DNA of 64,000 bases. Source: Bacilli bacterium (GTDB lineage Bacteria > Bacillota_I > Bacilli_A > ML615J-28 > CAG-313). Within the stretch, counting starts at the first letter, position 1. Each line of letters starts with the position of its first letter. A model generated the notes under the pieces. The model had not been told where the DNA came from, did not search any database, and worked only from the letters and a program-made list of their open reading frames with translations. Location of the stretch: assembly GCA_035362935.1 (NCBI GenBank), contig DAOSEC010000003.1:26859-90858 (forward strand), in the 5' to 3' direction. A program made the position numbers and the translations under genes. Shown one piece after another: positions 36,960 to 47,578 of this stretch.

Positions 36960-39530
36960 ATGTATCAAAACATAGATAAAACAAAATATACGCCAATGAT
37001 GCGTCAATACTTAGAAATCAAGGAACGATACCAAGATGCATTGGTATTTTTTCGCCTTGGTGACTTCTATGAAATGTTTTTTAACGATGCAATAACCGCT
37101 TCGAAAGAACTTGAAATCGTATTAACAGGTCGAGATGCAGGGGCAGATGAACGTGTACCAATGTGTGGCGTACCTCATCATTCGGTATCGAACTACATTG
37201 ACCGATTAACCGAAAAAGGATATAAAATAGCGATAGTGGAACAACTAGAAGACCCGAGTGTCGCAAAAGGAATTGTAGAACGAGATGTGACACGTATCAT
37301 TACTCCAGGGACTGTGATGGAAGGATCCAATCTCGAAGAAAAAAGTTACAACTACATTGCTTCGGTAGAGCGTTCCATGAAAGAATATGCCCTGTCGTAT
37401 TTGGACTTAACAACTGGAGATTCTTATAGTGTTCGTTTGCCACTCGACGATGAAATGTTACGACTTGAATTAATGAAGTTAAATACAAAAGAAGTCGTGG
37501 TTTCATCAAAGTTTCCAGTCCATGTTTTAGAACTATTGAAACTTAATTTTGGACTAACAATCTCAATTATGGATGAAGTGAAACACGAAACCTACCTAGA
37601 TTCTCTTTATACAAACTTAAATGAACTTGAAGAAGTCGCATCCAGACATTTGATTTGTTATGTATTACAAACACAAAAACGAACCCTTCTACATTTGAAA
37701 CCATTTGTTACATTTGGATTAACAGATTTTTTAAGCATTGATCTACAATCGCGAAGAAATCTAGAATTAACGGAAAACTTAAGAGGAAATGGTGTCAAAC
37801 ACACGTTGTTTGCTGTTATGGACTATTGTCAAACAGCAATGGGTTCTAGATACTTGAAAAAAACAATCCATTATCCACTGGTGAGTTATCAAGCGATCCA
37901 AGCGAGATTCAATCTAGTAGAAGCAATGTTAAAACATTATATTATTGCCGAAGAAATCAAAGAGTCGCTTGCGAATATTTACGATTTAGAGCGAATTGTA
38001 GGACGTATTAGCTATGAGAATGCGAGTCCAAAAGATTTGCTTCAGTTAAAACGTTCCTTAGGTGTTATACCTTCTCTAAAAACTAGTATAAAGACGCTTC
38101 GCATCAAAGAAGCAATTGCGTTTTCGGACGCAATCAAAGATTTTTCTTCGGTTCATCAATTGATTGATGAATCGATCAAAGAAGATGCAACTTATTCAAT
38201 CAAAGAAGGAAACATCATCAAAGCAGGGTTCAACAAAGAACTCGATGAAATCAAAGAAATCAGTGCGAACAACAAAGAGTTTTTAGTCACACTTGAACAA
38301 AAAGAAAAAGACCGATCAGGCATTAAAAACTTAAAAGTTGGATATAATAAGGTTTTTGGTTATTATATTGAGGTTTCCAAAGGCAACATCCCACTGGTCA
38401 AAGACGAGTTAGGATACATTCGCAAACAAACCTTATCAAACGCCGAACGCTATATTACCCAAGAATTAAAAGAACGAGAAACGATTATTTTACGAGCGGA
38501 TGAACAAAAAATCGCATTGGAATACGAGTTATTCGTTGCCATACGAAATCAAATCAAACAAAGCATTGCTTCGTTACAAGAACTTGCTAGTTTAGTGAGT
38601 CAAATTGATATGCTTTATGCCTTCGCAAAAGCTGCGAAACTTCATAACTACAACCGTCCAACAATCACAAGATACGAAGAGTTAGAAATTGTCGATGGAC
38701 GCCATCCAGTCATGGAACGCTTTTTAAAAGAAGCAATTATCCCAAACGACATACAACTTTACAATGATCAACGTATCTTACTCATTACTGGACCAAACAT
38801 GAGTGGAAAATCAACCTATATGCGTCAAACTGCGTTAATCGCGATTATGGCACAAATGGGTTCGTTTGTTCCAGCGAAAAAAGCTACACTCCCTTTGTTT
38901 GATCAAATCTTTACACGAATTGGATCAAGCGATGATATCGTCAGTGGTCAATCCACGTTTATGGTCGAAATGCTTGAAGTCAACCATGCGTTACAACACG
39001 CAACTGAAAAAAGTTTGATTTTATTTGATGAAATTGGACGAGGAACGGCGACGTTTGATGGTATGGCACTTGCACAAGCAATTATTGAATATATCCACGA
39101 TAAAACCGGTTGTAAGGCGTTATTTTCGACGCATTACCACGAATTAACTGTCCTCGATCAAAGTTTACCATATCTGAAAAACGTGCATGTAGAGGCAAAT
39201 TTGGTCGATGGTACGATCGTTTTTTTACACAAGGTGATGGATGGTCCAACCGATGAAAGTTATGGGATTAATGTTGCGAAGTTAGCAAATTTGCCACAAG
39301 ATGTTATCTTCCGTAGCAGTGATTTGTTATCGAAATTAGAACAACATGCTTTTATCGAAACCGATGTTTTATCTAAGAAACATTATGAAAAACCAAAACC
39401 AATCGAATATATCAATGTTATAGAACGTGATGTCATTTCATCACTAAAAAAAGCAGATCTCGAACAATTAAAACCACTCGATGCCTTGATTCTGCTTGCG
39501 AAATTACAAGAAAAATTAAGTTCCAAATAG
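36960..39530 (+). CDS. mutS: DNA mismatch repair protein MutS
   Basis: N-terminal mismatch-binding (PMMRQYLEIK...GDFYE) and Walker A GPNMSGKST. Confidence 0.97.
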   Translation: MYQNIDKTKYTPMMRQYLEIKERYQDALVFFRLGDFYEMFFNDAITASKELEIVLTGRDAGADERVPMCGVPHHSVSNYIDRLTEKGYKIAIVEQLEDPSVAKGIVERDVTRIITPGTVMEGSNLEEKSYNYIASVERSMKEYALSYLDLTTGDSYSVRLPLDDEMLRLELMKLNTKEVVVSSKFPVHVLELLKLNFGLTISIMDEVKHETYLDSLYTNLNELEEVASRHLICYVLQTQKRTLLHLKPFVTFGLTDFLSIDLQSRRNLELTENLRGNGVKHTLFAVMDYCQTAMGSRYLKKTIHYPLVSYQAIQARFNLVEAMLKHYIIAEEIKESLANIYDLERIVGRISYENASPKDLLQLKRSLGVIPSLKTSIKTLRIKEAIAFSDAIKDFSSVHQLIDESIKEDATYSIKEGNIIKAGFNKELDEIKEISANNKEFLVTLEQKEKDRSGIKNLKVGYNKVFGYYIEVSKGNIPLVKDELGYIRKQTLSNAERYITQELKERETIILRADEQKIALEYELFVAIRNQIKQSIASLQELASLVSQIDMLYAFAKAAKLHNYNRPTITRYEELEIVDGRHPVMERFLKEAIIPNDIQLYNDQRILLITGPNMSGKSTYMRQTALIAIMAQMGSFVPAKKATLPLFDQIFTRIGSSDDIVSGQSTFMVEMLEVNHALQHATEKSLILFDEIGRGTATFDGMALAQAIIEYIHDKTGCKALFSTHYHELTVLDQSLPYLKNVHVEANLVDGTIVFLHKVMDGPTDESYGINVAKLANLPQDVIFRSSDLLSKLEQHAFIETDVLSKKHYEKPKPIEYINVIERDVISSLKKADLEQLKPLDALILLAKLQEKLSSK

Positions 39531-39545
39531 GGATGTGAATCAATT

Positions 39546-41363
39546 ATGAGTAAAATTCTACGCTTAGACCCCCATATGGCAAACCTAATCGCAGCAGGAG
39601 AAGTTGTGGAACGACCAAGCAGTGTCGTAAAAGAACTTGTTGAAAATGCGATTGATGCATCAAGCACAAAAATAACCGTAGAATTGATCGATGCTGGTAC
39701 AAAGTCGATTACGGTCACTGACAACGGAACGGGTATGGATGAAGAGGATGCTGTTTTGGCATTTGAACGGCATGCGACGAGTAAAATCAAATTGTTCGAT
39801 GACTTATATCGCATCCGAAGTTTAGGATTTCGCGGAGAAGCACTCCCATCGATTGCTTCTGTATCCGAAGTTATTTTGACCACGTCCACAGATTCCTTAA
39901 ACGGGACAAAAGTTTTACTCAAAGCAGGAGCATTGGTTGAATGTTCGAAAACCTCCGCCCCAATTGGAACCAAAGTTACCGTAAACCATTTGTTTTACAA
40001 TACACCAGCTAGATTCAAACACATTAGCTCTCAATCGACCGAACTATTCTATTCGATTGATTACCTCAACAAATGTGCTCTCGCATTTCCGAACATTCGT
40101 TTTACTTTTACACACAACAACAAAGTTATTTTAAACACAAGTGGAAATGGCGATTTGTTAGAAGCAATCGCCGACACCTACGGAATACCAGTTGCCAAAC
40201 ACATGGTTGAATTTTCGGCGAAGGAATCTCATTTTACGATTTCTGGATATGCAAGCGATAATTCGATTACTAGATCGAACCGATCTGGTATGACAGTGCT
40301 TGTGAATGGTAGAGTCATAAAAAACCGTTCATTTATTTACGCGATAACCGATGCTTACAAACACACGCTAGTCACTGGTAAGTATCCAATTGTTGTATTA
40401 AACATTACAGTTGACCCGTCACTAATTGATGTCAACATTCACCCATCTAAATTTGAAATAAAGGTAACCGATGAAGATCAACTAAAATCGTTCATCACAG
40501 CTACAATTATAAATGCACTTTCAAAAAAAGTGCTCATTCCTGAAATGAATTTAGGTAAGTTAACTGAAAAACCAGAAGAACAATTGGTGAAAACAACGTT
40601 AGACCCAAGACTGGAACCATCCAGACCAAACATCTTAAGCATGTTTGAAGAACCGAGTGAATCAAGTGATGAAGCTGAACCGTTTGTTTATTCACACGAA
40701 CAAACACCATCAATCATCAAAGAAAGTGAAGTCTTCACCCAAATCAAACTAGAAGAACTTCTTCCAGAACGAAAGTTGAGTTTGTTGCCTCAACTCGAAT
40801 ACATTGGTCAATTTCACGGTACATATTTGCTTGCTCAAGACGAACAAGAGCTGTATCTGATTGACCAACATGCTGCTATGGAACGAGTCATGTATGAGAA
40901 AATTTCTGCACAACTTAATATGCAAGAAATTTCCATCTATGAACTCCTCATTCCATTCCAACTTCATTTTTCGTTAAGTGAGTATGCTTTGGTGTTAGAA
41001 CAAACAGAGTTGTTATTGACACTTGGAGTTGAAATCGAAGAATTCGGGTCAGGAACAATTCTAGTACGGAAAATCCCATCTTGGATTAATCCAAAATTTG
41101 TTGAAGAATTTGTTCGCGATATGATTGAACAATTAATTACATTAAAACACACCTCAAAATCGATCCTTCTTGATTCGATTGCGAAAAGTTTAAGTTGTAA
41201 GCAATCAATCAAAGCAAATATGTATGTTACAAAAGAAGAAGTAAAGGTTTTGTTACAAGAATTAAATCAAGCGAAAAGTCCATTTACTTGTCCACATGGA
41301 AGACCTGTCATCGTCAAGCTAAGCACGTATGACATTGAAAAATGGTTTAAGAGGGTCGTATAA
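39546..41363 (+). CDS. mutL: DNA mismatch repair protein MutL
   Basis: GHKL ATPase N-terminus (IAAGEVVERPSSVVKELVENAIDA). C-terminal endonuclease/dimerisation domain (DQHAAMERV). Confidence 0.96.
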   Translation: MSKILRLDPHMANLIAAGEVVERPSSVVKELVENAIDASSTKITVELIDAGTKSITVTDNGTGMDEEDAVLAFERHATSKIKLFDDLYRIRSLGFRGEALPSIASVSEVILTTSTDSLNGTKVLLKAGALVECSKTSAPIGTKVTVNHLFYNTPARFKHISSQSTELFYSIDYLNKCALAFPNIRFTFTHNNKVILNTSGNGDLLEAIADTYGIPVAKHMVEFSAKESHFTISGYASDNSITRSNRSGMTVLVNGRVIKNRSFIYAITDAYKHTLVTGKYPIVVLNITVDPSLIDVNIHPSKFEIKVTDEDQLKSFITATIINALSKKVLIPEMNLGKLTEKPEEQLVKTTLDPRLEPSRPNILSMFEEPSESSDEAEPFVYSHEQTPSIIKESEVFTQIKLEELLPERKLSLLPQLEYIGQFHGTYLLAQDEQELYLIDQHAAMERVMYEKISAQLNMQEISIYELLIPFQLHFSLSEYALVLEQTELLLTLGVEIEEFGSGTILVRKIPSWINPKFVEEFVRDMIEQLITLKHTSKSILLDSIAKSLSCKQSIKANMYVTKEEVKVLLQELNQAKSPFTCPHGRPVIVKLSTYDIEKWFKRVV

Positions 41364-42265
41364 TGGAAAAAGTGATTATTGTTGTAGGTCCTACTGGAAT
41401 CGGAAAAAGCAAATGCGCAGTTGCACTTGCGAAACACTACAAAACAGAGATTATCAATGGGGATGCGTTTCAAACCTATAAAAAAATGAGCATTGGGACG
41501 GCGAAACCAACCAAAGATGACATGCAAGGAATCAAACATCATTTGATTGATATCAACAATCCAAGTGATGAGTTTAGTGTTGCAAGTTATCAAAAACAAG
41601 TTCGATCACTCATTACCAAACTGAATCAAAAAAAGAAAATACCAATCATTGTTGGTGGGTCAGGGTTGTATATTGATGCTGTCATCAAAGATTATCGCTT
41701 TGATGCGAAGAGCCGTGATACCAATATTGAACTAAAACTTCAAGACACAACCAATGAAGAGCTACATGAAATGTTAAGTCGTCTTGATTATGAGACTGCG
41801 TGTGAGATTCATCCCAATAACCGAAAGCGAGTATTACGTGCGATTGAACTTGTATTAAGTAGTGCGTCAAAAGATGATCGCAATAAGGGCGAATCCTTAA
41901 TCTATGATGCATGCATTTTGTATCTCACCACTAGTAGAGAAGAGTTATACGAACGAATCAATAACCGCGTCGATGAGATGATTCTAAATGGCCTTGTCAA
42001 AGAAGCAAAAAGGTTATATGATAATAAAATCAACACCCAAGCGACGAAAGCGATTGGATACAAAGAATTGTTTGCGTTTTTTAGCGGAGAATCGACATTG
42101 GTTGATGCAATCGCGAAAATCAAACAAAACTCAAGAAACTATGCAAAACGACAATTTACATGGTTTTCAAACAAAACAAAAGGTCATATGATTCAAGTAC
42201 AGTTTGATGCCTTTGATCAAACCGTGAATGAGGCAATCACATATATTGATCAATATTTTAAATAA
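41363..42265 (+). CDS. miaA: tRNA dimethylallyltransferase
   Basis: P-loop GPTGIGKS. mutL-miaA synteny with a TAATG overlap. Confidence 0.93.
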   Translation: MEKVIIVVGPTGIGKSKCAVALAKHYKTEIINGDAFQTYKKMSIGTAKPTKDDMQGIKHHLIDINNPSDEFSVASYQKQVRSLITKLNQKKKIPIIVGGSGLYIDAVIKDYRFDAKSRDTNIELKLQDTTNEELHEMLSRLDYETACEIHPNNRKRVLRAIELVLSSASKDDRNKGESLIYDACILYLTTSREELYERINNRVDEMILNGLVKEAKRLYDNKINTQATKAIGYKELFAFFSGESTLVDAIAKIKQNSRNYAKRQFTWFSNKTKGHMIQVQFDAFDQTVNEAITYIDQYFK

Positions 42266-42283
42266 AAAAAGAAAGAGAATGGT

Positions 42284-43054
42284 ATGGAACGTTTAAATAA
42301 AAAAATAGCAGATGCAGGTATCTGTTCGAGAAGAAAAGCAGATGATTTGATTTCATCTGGAAAAGTCATTGTCAATGGCGCGGTTGTTACCACACTTGGA
42401 ACACTCATCTCAGATAAAGATGAAATCATTGTGGATGGAACTATCATCGAAAAAGTAGAAAAAAAGTATTTGGTTATGAACAAACCACGCGGAGTAATTT
42501 GCTCAGTCAGTGATGAGTTAAAACGAAAAACAGTAATCGATTTACTTCCGACTCACTATAAGGAATACAGGCTTTACCCAGTTGGTCGACTAGATTACGA
42601 CACCAAAGGAGTATTGATATTAACCAACGATGGACCATTCATGAATATGCTAGTTGGACCATCCTCTGGTTTACAAAAAGTGTATTTAGCGAGGATTGAT
42701 GGGATTATACTAAAAGAGACCATGACTCGTATCGAACAAGGAATTTTAATCGAAGGAAAAATGAGTCTACCATCCCTCTTAGATATTGTTTCAATTGACC
42801 GAAAAAACAATTCCACTTTGGTTCAAGTGACCTTAACAGAAGGGAAATACCACCAAGTCAAACAAATGTTTGAACTTGTTGGACATAAAGTGAAACACTT
42901 AACACGTATTCGATTTGGTAACATTACCGTAGACAATGTAGCTGAAGGAATGGTGCGTGAATTAACTGTTCATGAGGTTAAAACACTTCGAGAATTATCC
43001 AAACAAAGTAAAATTTTAAAACGGGTTGACATTTCCAAAGCAAGAAGATATTAA
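42284..43054 (+). CDS. RsuA/RluB-family pseudouridine synthase
   Basis: S4 domain (RLNKKIADAGICSRRKA) and catalytic GRLDYDTKGVLILTND. Confidence 0.9.
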   Translation: MERLNKKIADAGICSRRKADDLISSGKVIVNGAVVTTLGTLISDKDEIIVDGTIIEKVEKKYLVMNKPRGVICSVSDELKRKTVIDLLPTHYKEYRLYPVGRLDYDTKGVLILTNDGPFMNMLVGPSSGLQKVYLARIDGIILKETMTRIEQGILIEGKMSLPSLLDIVSIDRKNNSTLVQVTLTEGKYHQVKQMFELVGHKVKHLTRIRFGNITVDNVAEGMVRELTVHEVKTLRELSKQSKILKRVDISKARRY

Positions 43055-43071
43055 TCCTAAGGGGTGATATA

Positions 43072-44082
43072 GTGAAAATCAAAGATTATTTTATGCCGAA
43101 GTCCAATGTGTATACAGGCGATTATGCCCACATTAAGACCAAAATCATCCATTATACTTACGATGAAAGCGAATTAAAGATTACGGATTCTTTTGACAAA
43201 GAAGTTGGCAAAAAGCATTACATTCAGGTTATTGGATTATCAGAGGTTAGTGTTATTGAGACGATGAAACAATACTTTAAAGTAGATCCACTAACCCTTG
43301 AAGATGTCTTTAACGTCAAACAGCGAAATAAGTTAGAACTCAAAGATGATTCCTTGTTTGGTGCGATGCACATTGAGTTTTTAGAACATCGTATTGTAAA
43401 AGACGATTATTTGAGTTTTTTATTATTTGAGGATACCATCATCACGTTTCACGAAACAGATCCTTCCTATTTACTTCCATTAAAAACAATTTTAGCTGAA
43501 AACATGGAAACAAGAACAAAATGTGTTGATTATTTGTTTTTTCAAATCATTGATATCATCACTGACAATCACTTAGATTTATATGAGTATTTGGAAGTAG
43601 AAACGTCATTGTTTGAAGAAGAAGTATTAGAAACCAAACAAATCAGCCAAGAACAATTCTATATGATACGCAAGCAAATGTTAAAACTTAAAAATAACAT
43701 TTCTCCCGTATTAGAACAGTTTCAAAAGGTATTGTCGAAGGAAAGCAAACTATTTCAAAAGTCAAATCTTGGATATTTTGAGGATTTAAAAGATCATTTA
43801 ACTCGATTAGACGATCATTTAAATCAAAGTAGAGAGTTAATGCGCCATTTACTTGATCTCAATATCAACAATCAATCAAATCGTATGAACAAGATTATGA
43901 CAACACTTACACTATTTTCTGCGATCTTTATTCCGCTATCATTTCTGACTGGATTTTTTGGAATGAACTTTGTTCATTTTGATATTTTATCGTATGAAAA
44001 CGCAGTACTCGTATTTACTGGTATTTGCGTTGGACTAGCACTTGTAATGTTTATCGTATTTAAGAAAATGAAATGGTTTTAA
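43072..44082 (+). CDS. corA: CorA-family magnesium/cobalt transporter
   Basis: C-terminal two TM segments with the GMN signature (GFFGMNF). GTG start after AAGGGGTG. Confidence 0.9.
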   Translation: MKIKDYFMPKSNVYTGDYAHIKTKIIHYTYDESELKITDSFDKEVGKKHYIQVIGLSEVSVIETMKQYFKVDPLTLEDVFNVKQRNKLELKDDSLFGAMHIEFLEHRIVKDDYLSFLLFEDTIITFHETDPSYLLPLKTILAENMETRTKCVDYLFFQIIDIITDNHLDLYEYLEVETSLFEEEVLETKQISQEQFYMIRKQMLKLKNNISPVLEQFQKVLSKESKLFQKSNLGYFEDLKDHLTRLDDHLNQSRELMRHLLDLNINNQSNRMNKIMTTLTLFSAIFIPLSFLTGFFGMNFVHFDILSYENAVLVFTGICVGLALVMFIVFKKMKWF

Positions 44083-44145
44083 ATCATTTGAGATGTATAT
44101 TACGCGGTTGATTTTAATTCAATTGATTTAAGAAGGGTTGGTGAA

Positions 44146-45492
44146 ATGAATATGAGGCAACAAAAACAGCATACTGTAATCATTAGTTTCGATGCGGTAT
44201 ACGAAGCAGATTTTGCATACTTAAAAACATTACCAAACATAGCATACTTGCTTCAGCATGGTAGTTATTCGACCGAAGTTCAGACGATTTATCCGACAAT
44301 TACCTACCCAATTCATACGTCAATTTTAACCGGATGTTACCCAGATCGCCACGGTATTTTTCACAACCATCATTTACAACCAACAATTAAGAATGACAAA
44401 TACCGAACATGGCACTGGTATCACTCGGAAATCAAAACACCAACTTTATTGGATGTTGCAAAACAGCATAAGAAAAAAGTAGGGGCAATTTTTTGGCCGG
44501 TGACCGGAAATGCTAACATTGACTATAACTTGCCAGAAATCATCGCCTTGCCTGGAGAAAACCAAACGCTTAAAATATTAAAAGCTGGGTCTCCTATGTT
44601 TTTACTAAAAAACGAACTTAAGTATAAAAAACTTCGTAAAGGGATTGAAGAACCGTATTTGGCAGATTTTGCGACGAAAGTAACAACGAATCTGTTAAAG
44701 ACGAACAAGCCTGATCTTACATTGTTGCATTTGGTAAGTGTAGATACCATGCGTCACGCTTATGGGGTAACGCATGAACAAGTAAAGCTTGCTCTCAAGC
44801 AATATGATAAATCCGTTGGTGAAATCATGGATGTCTTAAAAGAATCAAAGATGTGGGATAACTCAAATATCTTCATAACTACAGATCATGGTCAAATTGA
44901 TGTAAAAACCTATGCATCGGTCAATGCTTATTTGGTCAAAGCTGGATTGCAACAATGGGTAAATGGAGTACTCGATTATCAAGTGTATGCCCAGTCGATT
45001 GGAATGGGAGCGTACCTACATTTTAATTACAATAACATCACTAATATTGATCAAGTACTAGAAACGTTAGACCAAGTAGTTGAACAAATGATAGAAGATA
45101 AGATTGTTGTAAGACTTGATACAAAAGACGATTTGATTGTAAGAGGATGTAGCGAACCCTTTGATGCAAGCTTAGAAGCATACCCAAATACCTATATTAC
45201 CGATTCAGTGTATCACGAATTTGGGTTATCAAAAATTGACATCAAAGATATCACAGATTCGATGTGGAATACGATATATTATGATCGCTATTTCGCAACA
45301 CATGGTTACGATGAACGATTACCTGGTTATAAAAACATATTTATCGCATATGGCCCAAAAGTGAAAACACACTATAACATCGGACCAATGCATATCGTAG
45401 ACATCGCACCTACCATAGCGAACCTCATTGGTTTGACATTTCCTGAGTGTGATGGTAAACTACTTGCAACATTAAGAAAAGAAGAGGTGTAA
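44146..45492 (+). CDS. Alkaline-phosphatase-superfamily phosphodiesterase / nucleotide pyrophosphatase
   Basis: Metal and nucleophile motifs FDA...TYPIHTSILTGCYPDRHGI and TTDHGQ. Confidence 0.75.
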   Translation: MNMRQQKQHTVIISFDAVYEADFAYLKTLPNIAYLLQHGSYSTEVQTIYPTITYPIHTSILTGCYPDRHGIFHNHHLQPTIKNDKYRTWHWYHSEIKTPTLLDVAKQHKKKVGAIFWPVTGNANIDYNLPEIIALPGENQTLKILKAGSPMFLLKNELKYKKLRKGIEEPYLADFATKVTTNLLKTNKPDLTLLHLVSVDTMRHAYGVTHEQVKLALKQYDKSVGEIMDVLKESKMWDNSNIFITTDHGQIDVKTYASVNAYLVKAGLQQWVNGVLDYQVYAQSIGMGAYLHFNYNNITNIDQVLETLDQVVEQMIEDKIVVRLDTKDDLIVRGCSEPFDASLEAYPNTYITDSVYHEFGLSKIDIKDITDSMWNTIYYDRYFATHGYDERLPGYKNIFIAYGPKVKTHYNIGPMHIVDIAPTIANLIGLTFPECDGKLLATLRKEEV

Positions 45493-45493
45493 T

Positions 45494-46378
45494 ATGTACT
45501 TTCCGTTTGAACTTGAACTTGTAAAATGGCTACAATCCTTATCCAATGGGGTATTAGATGCATTTTTTAATGGAGTATCCTTCTTTGGTGAAGAAATCTT
45601 TATCATTATCATCATTGGATTTACCTACTGGTGTTATAACAAAAAAATGGGGGAATACATTGGATTTGCATTAACAACTTCTTATACATTTAACAATTAC
45701 TTTAAGGATTTGTTTTCTGCCCCTCGACCGTTTGAGGTATCAAACGAGGTTGTCAATTTACGTCCAGATACTGCAACAGGACATTCATTCCCAAGTGGAC
45801 ATGTTCAAGGAGCAACTACCGCATTTTCATCAATCGCATATTGGATGAAAAAACGACTGTTTTGGATCATTGCGATTGTCATGATGGTATTGATGAGTTT
45901 ATCAAGAATGTATTTAGGGGTCCATTTCTTGCGTGATGTTGTAGTTGGATCACTATTTGGATTAGGGATTGCCTATTTGACTTACAAACTATTCCAAAAA
46001 TACAGCGGAAGCGATGAACGCAAACTTCACACAATCTATATCATCACAGCGATCACGTTCTTGCCAGTCGCATTCATGATGAAAAGCGAAGACTTTTTCA
46101 AAGGGTACGGGATCTTAGTTGGATTTGTTATTGCTATTTTGTTTGAAAAGAAGTACGTATCGTTTACAACCGATGTTGGCGTTTGGAAAAAGGTGATCCG
46201 TTTCGTCGTTGGTCTTATTATAGCCTTAGTTGTACAACAAGGATTTAAATTGGCCTTTAGTCCTATCATTGACGCAGCTCCAAGCATTGCGAATTTCTTA
46301 CACTTTGTTCGCTATGTTTTAATTGCGTTTGCTGGATTCGGACTCTATCCTTGGCTCTTTAAGAAATTTAACTTTTAA
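45494..46378 (+). CDS. PAP2-family membrane phosphatase
   Basis: The three PAP2 motifs KDLFSAPRP, PSGH and SRMYLGVHFLRD. Begins 1 nt after the preceding gene. Confidence 0.85.
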   Translation: MYFPFELELVKWLQSLSNGVLDAFFNGVSFFGEEIFIIIIIGFTYWCYNKKMGEYIGFALTTSYTFNNYFKDLFSAPRPFEVSNEVVNLRPDTATGHSFPSGHVQGATTAFSSIAYWMKKRLFWIIAIVMMVLMSLSRMYLGVHFLRDVVVGSLFGLGIAYLTYKLFQKYSGSDERKLHTIYIITAITFLPVAFMMKSEDFFKGYGILVGFVIAILFEKKYVSFTTDVGVWKKVIRFVVGLIIALVVQQGFKLAFSPIIDAAPSIANFLHFVRYVLIAFAGFGLYPWLFKKFNF

Positions 46379-46384
46379 TCAACC

Positions 46385-46416
46385 AAATCTGTGTGTAATC
46401 CACACAGATTTTTGTT
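46385..46416 (+). terminator. Rho-independent terminator
   Basis: aaatctgtgtg-taatc-cacacagattt followed by a T-run. Confidence 0.85.
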
Positions 46417-46425
46417 TTTAAAAAC

Positions 46426-46446
46426 ATTTAATATGTCATATTAAAT
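46426..46446. promoter_or_regulatory. Perfect 21-bp palindrome (10-1-10), candidate operator
   Basis: ATTTAATATG-T-CATATTAAAT, 42 nt upstream of the -35 of the next promoter. Confidence 0.4.
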
Positions 46447-46487
46447 TTCACTTTATATGTATAAATGTATGAAAATGATTATCAAAG

Positions 46488-46516
46488 TTGCAATTTTGAA
46501 TATAATAATTTATAAT
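46488..46516 (+). promoter_or_regulatory. Promoter of the Fic-like/PHP gene pair
   Basis: TTGCAA - 17 nt - TATAAT. It lies inside the 5' end of the track ORF 46457, which argues for the later start. Confidence 0.6.
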
Positions 46517-46540
46517 AGTAGTGATGTGAGGTGCTCTGTA

Positions 46541-47578
46541 ATGAATTGTATGAAAAATATGTCACGAATCTTAATTCCAAACGATTTGATGATACCACTT
46601 GTAAATCTTTACCGTTTCATTGGTCGAAATGAACTCTACGCTCAAAGTTTCACGGATCATCACGAACAGGTTATGAATCAAACTATTGAACGTGATACCT
46701 ACTTTTTAGGAAGAATGTTAAGATTAAACATTACAGATCCTCGTATGAGATTAATCATTACCAAAGATTCTAGTCCTAGAAACAAAGAAGAAACTGTATT
46801 GTTTAAAATCAAAGAAGTCCTATACAACATCCATCAAACATTCTCAAAGTACATGTTAAACAGTGCCGATATTTTAGCGATGTTAAATCACATCTATTCT
46901 CAGTACAATCAAGTACGCTTTGAACCACTCAATCTCAATCGTAAGATGGCAATCAATCCTGGAAAAAGCAAGCGCGTGATTTTTGATGAAACAATCGCTG
47001 AATATACCAATTTATTCGAGAAAGAGCGCTATGAACGAATCATCTTGAGCATTCATTTTTTCATCGATATGTATAACATCAAGCCATTTACCGAACACAA
47101 TGAGTTAGCATCATTCTTAACACTATATACGTTATTGCTTCGCTCTGGACTAGATGTCTTTACCTACGTAAGTTTATTTGAAATGATGGATACGTATAAT
47201 GGAGAGTTTTTAACAGAAGTGAAAAATGCAAGTTTTAACTGGGAAGAAGGATATTCTCAGACATTACCACTGATGCGTTTTATGGTAAAGATGATCAATG
47301 AGTCTTATAAAAAACTAGATACCATTCACAAAGAATATGCTTTTGATCAAAAGCTTAGAAAATCCGATAACATAGAAGCAACAATCTACCGATTAACTGA
47401 CATTTTCTCAAAAGATGACATTCGGTTAGTACACCCGTTTGTCAGCGAATCAACGATCAACCGCGCTTTAGCAAAACTAAAAGAAGAAGAGGTTATCAAA
47501 CCACTTGGAAAGGGACGCAGTGCGAAGTGGATGAAAATCATCAAAGATGATGACTACTCGCATTTGTTTAAATCATAA
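46541..47578 (+). CDS. Fic/DOC-fold-like protein with degenerate active-site motif and C-terminal wHTH
   Basis: Start ATG 46541, 7 nt after GTGAGGTG. IKPFTEHNELASFLTLYTLLL aligns to the Fic motif IHPFxDGNGRxxRLL, but the catalytic His, GNG and Arg are all replaced. The C-terminus (STINRALAKLKEEEVIKPLGKGRSAKW) resembles the wHTH of long Fic proteins. Confidence 0.45.
   Translation: MNCMKNMSRILIPNDLMIPLVNLYRFIGRNELYAQSFTDHHEQVMNQTIERDTYFLGRMLRLNITDPRMRLIITKDSSPRNKEETVLFKIKEVLYNIHQTFSKYMLNSADILAMLNHIYSQYNQVRFEPLNLNRKMAINPGKSKRVIFDETIAEYTNLFEKERYERIILSIHFFIDMYNIKPFTEHNELASFLTLYTLLLRSGLDVFTYVSLFEMMDTYNGEFLTEVKNASFNWEEGYSQTLPLMRFMVKMINESYKKLDTIHKEYAFDQKLRKSDNIEATIYRLTDIFSKDDIRLVHPFVSESTINRALAKLKEEEVIKPLGKGRSAKWMKIIKDDDYSHLFKS

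Noticed and set aside
39383-39973. 196-aa ORF on the minus strand spanning the mutS/mutL junction
   Set aside because: It is entirely antisense to two strongly supported genes. The product is Ser/Ala-rich and low-complexity, there is no RBS, and it is a typical shadow ORF.
46457-46540. Upstream extension of the Fic-like ORF (track start at 46457)
   Set aside because: The extension contains a consensus promoter (TTGCAA-17-TATAAT, 46488-46516) and has no RBS. ATG 46541 has GTGAGGTG 7 nt upstream.
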